Assembly (NCBI RefSeq): GCF_006345805.1
Contig: NW_021824688.1
Coordinates: 1-35,988 of the forward strand
Origin: Octopus sinensis
Taxonomy: Eukaryota
Length of the DNA: 35,988 nucleotides
Direction: 5' to 3'
Under the pieces are notes generated by a model. The model was not told the DNA's origin. It searched no databases and saw only the letters and a list, made by a program, of their open reading frames with translations. The position numbers were made by a program, and so were the translations under genes. Of the stretch, positions 33,705-35,988 are shown one piece after another. Within the stretch, counting starts at the first letter, position 1, and the number at the start of each line of letters is the position of its first letter.

Positions 33705-33950
33705 AGGCTGCGAGCTGGCAGAAACGTTAGCACGCCGGGCGAAATGCGTAGCCGTATTTCGTCTGCCGTTACGTTCTGAGTTCAAATTTCGCCGAGGTCG
33801 ACTTTGCCTTTCATCCTTTTGGGGGTCGATAAATTAAATACCAGTTGCGCACTGGGGTCGATGTGATCGACTTAATCCGTTTGTCTGTCCTAGTTTGTCT
33901 GTTCTTGTTTGTCTCCTCTGTGTTTAGCCCCTTGTAGGTTGTAAAGAAAT
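33705..33950 (+). mobile_element. tRNA-derived SINE, family B, 3'-truncated
   Basis: GCGAGCTGGCAGAAACGTTAGCACGCCGGGCGAAATGCGTAGCCGTATTTCGTCTGCCGTTACGTTCTGAGTTCAAATT... Confidence 0.9.
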
Positions 33951-34199
33951 TGATTTTAACTGTCTAATCTTAACTTTGTATAAATAACAAAGTAGAAATG
34001 TCTAATCTTTTCTTTGTATAACTTTTCCTTCGCTCTCCACACCTCTTTGTAAGTCCTCTGCTCATCGATAATCGAATTTTAATGAATCACTTTGAGATTT
34101 TAAGGAAAATAAAACATTTTTTTATTATTATATTTATTATATGCTATATTAGTCAGTAGAGGCGTTGTCTTGAAATTTGGTGACAAATTTCCTCAAATT

Positions 34200-34530
34200 T
34201 CAAATTTCAAGGATTTTGTGGTTCTTGTAGAACACAGGATTGCAGTTTTCTACAGGTCGATAACGCAAGTCTCAGTTCAAGTATCTTTCAGGTTCTTGGG
34301 TATCAGTTCGGCAATTTTACCAAGTGCACCAATTACCACACGAATAATTGCTATTCTGGTCTTCCAAAATCTCAGTTCCTTGGCTGTCACACTATTTCAT
34401 ATCTTTTTCTTTTCAGTTTCTTTGGTATCCACTCTATTATAGCATAGTATTGCAAAGCTAATGATATTACACTACTTACTTCTTTTGTCATCTATAATCA
34501 TATCTGGTCTGCTTGCTTCAACGATATCCT
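34200..34530 (-). pseudogene. RLE-domain 3' fragment of an R4/Dong-like element
   Basis: Minus translation RPDMIIDDKRSK*CNIISFAI...RVDTKETEK...ELRFWK...IIRVVIGALG...DL*KTAILCSTR. Confidence 0.75.
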
Positions 34531-34633
34531 TAAATCTTTAAAAATGTTTCAGCCCGAAGGCTGCGGCAATGCTGGGGCACCATGGGGAAATTGCATAGAA
34601 TCCTGCAATGTTTATGAATATTGCAATTTGTAT

Positions 34634-35009
34634 ACTCTTTTACTTGTTTTAGTCATTTGACTGCGTCCATGCTGGAGCACCGCCTTTTTAGTCGAGCAAA
34701 TCGACCCCAGGACTTATTCTTTGTAAGCCTAGTACTTATTTTATCGGTCCATTTTGCCGAACCGCTAAGTTACGGGGACGTAAACACACCGGCATCGGTT
34801 GTCAAGCGATGTTGGGAGGACAAACACAGACTCACGAACATATATACACAGACACATACATATATATATGTATATACATATATACTACGGGCTTCTTTCA
34901 GTTTCCGTCTACCAAATCCCCTCACAAGGCTTTGGTCGGCCCGAGGCTATAGTAGAAGACACTTGACCAAGGTGCCACGCAGTGGGACTGAACCCGGAAC
35001 CATGTGGTT
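34634..35009 (-). mobile_element. tRNA-derived SINE, family A, 5'-truncated
   Basis: Homology to 2713-3141; stops at AACCATGTGGTT. Confidence 0.92.
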
Positions 35010-35774
35010 CCACACACTTGGTTAACATCCTAGTGAACTCTTTTACCTAGACTATCATTCTTGCACTTTTTGCTAGTTTACCGCACTCACTCTTGACATG
35101 GTCAATATTATCGTCTCCTTTCCCAGGGATTCCATATTTGCTCCCTAACTCGAAGCTCAGTGACTATCGCATTTTCTTTAGAGAGTTGTCCTTGTTGAAT
35201 GAATTGTTCTACTTTGTTATTTATCAAACCAGAATTATAAGCACTAAACCCGACTTTTTCGTTGCTCTTCGGGGACACAATTTTAAGTGGAAAACATTTC
35301 TAGAAGCATAGAAATATTTTTTTAAATAATTTCGTTTTTCTCGGCCTGCACTGTGCTGTCATTATCACCATGCAAAGCATGGATGCTGGCTCTTTTCCTT
35401 TACCCTCTTGCGTCATCCTTTTTCACTCACCTTAGGGAATAACTTTGTGTTGATTTTCCTTTGTATTGATACTGTTGCATTATAGTTTTAGGGCGTCGGG
35501 ATGGATACACAGGACTTGGATATGTCGCAAGGCATACTCTGCATGGAATGAATTATATGATATCAAAACATACAGCAAACATATATAACCTCCACATTCA
35601 GCAATGTCGCTCCAAACTCACATGGTATGGAAGTACATTATATGCTGAGGATGGAAGCACAATATACTTTGCCCTTAATATGAATCACATGTTGGTCCTA
35701 TTTTGCATAACGTTTCACATTAACTTCCCTTATTCAGCATTGGCTTCCTAACTGTAATGGTTCACTCGAACACT

Positions 35775-35935
35775 CACTCTCTTCAATATGATGAATTTGG
35801 AATTCCGCTGAGGTCGACTTTACCTTTAATATTTATGGGGACATGAAATAAGCACCGGTTGAGTATTGAGGCCAATGCAATCGACTTGCTTCTCTCCAGA
35901 AATTACTGACTTTGAGCCAACATCTGAAACCAATA
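35775..35935 (+). mobile_element. Old diverged SINE family B fragment
   Basis: AATTCCGCTGAGGTCGACTTTACCTTT...AATAAGCACCGGTTGAGTATTGAGG...CAATCGACTT...AAATTACTGACTTTGAGCCAA resembles the unit at 150-290. Confidence 0.6.
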
Positions 35936-35988
35936 TGATACATATGTCTGAAAAGTTAAGAAGTTCGTTTCACAACCACGGCGTTTCA

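Overview
AT-rich eukaryotic DNA made almost entirely of transposable elements and microsatellites. The SINE, mariner and retrotransposon content looks like an octopus (cephalopod) genome; this rests on recalled family sequences, not a database search. Contents: (i) R4/Dong-clade non-LTR retrotransposons (RT + CCHC + restriction-like endonuclease). These include a near-intact young copy at 25863-29652 inside an (AAT)n tract, an old decayed full-length copy at about 9320-12700, and several 3' fragments chained through AAT tracts. (ii) A decayed Penelope-like element (RT + GIY-YIG, minus strand, about 1150-4720) split by two SINEs. (iii) Two tRNA-derived SINE families with 5 copies each, two dead mariners and a hAT transposase remnant. 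(iv) An unclassified ~540-bp AAT-flanked repeat in 3 copies. The most interesting signals are not in the ORF track. There are at least five hammerhead-ribozyme motifs of different architectures (7167, 8224, 16625, 17203, and a pair at 30103/30228), including a U3-A8 pair in a palindrome and one with a non-canonical, pseudoknotted strand order. There is also a candidate two-exon gene (20182-20566) for a 53-aa peptide with a signal peptide and a GPI-like tail. All folding and translation was done by eye, and element boundaries are approximate.
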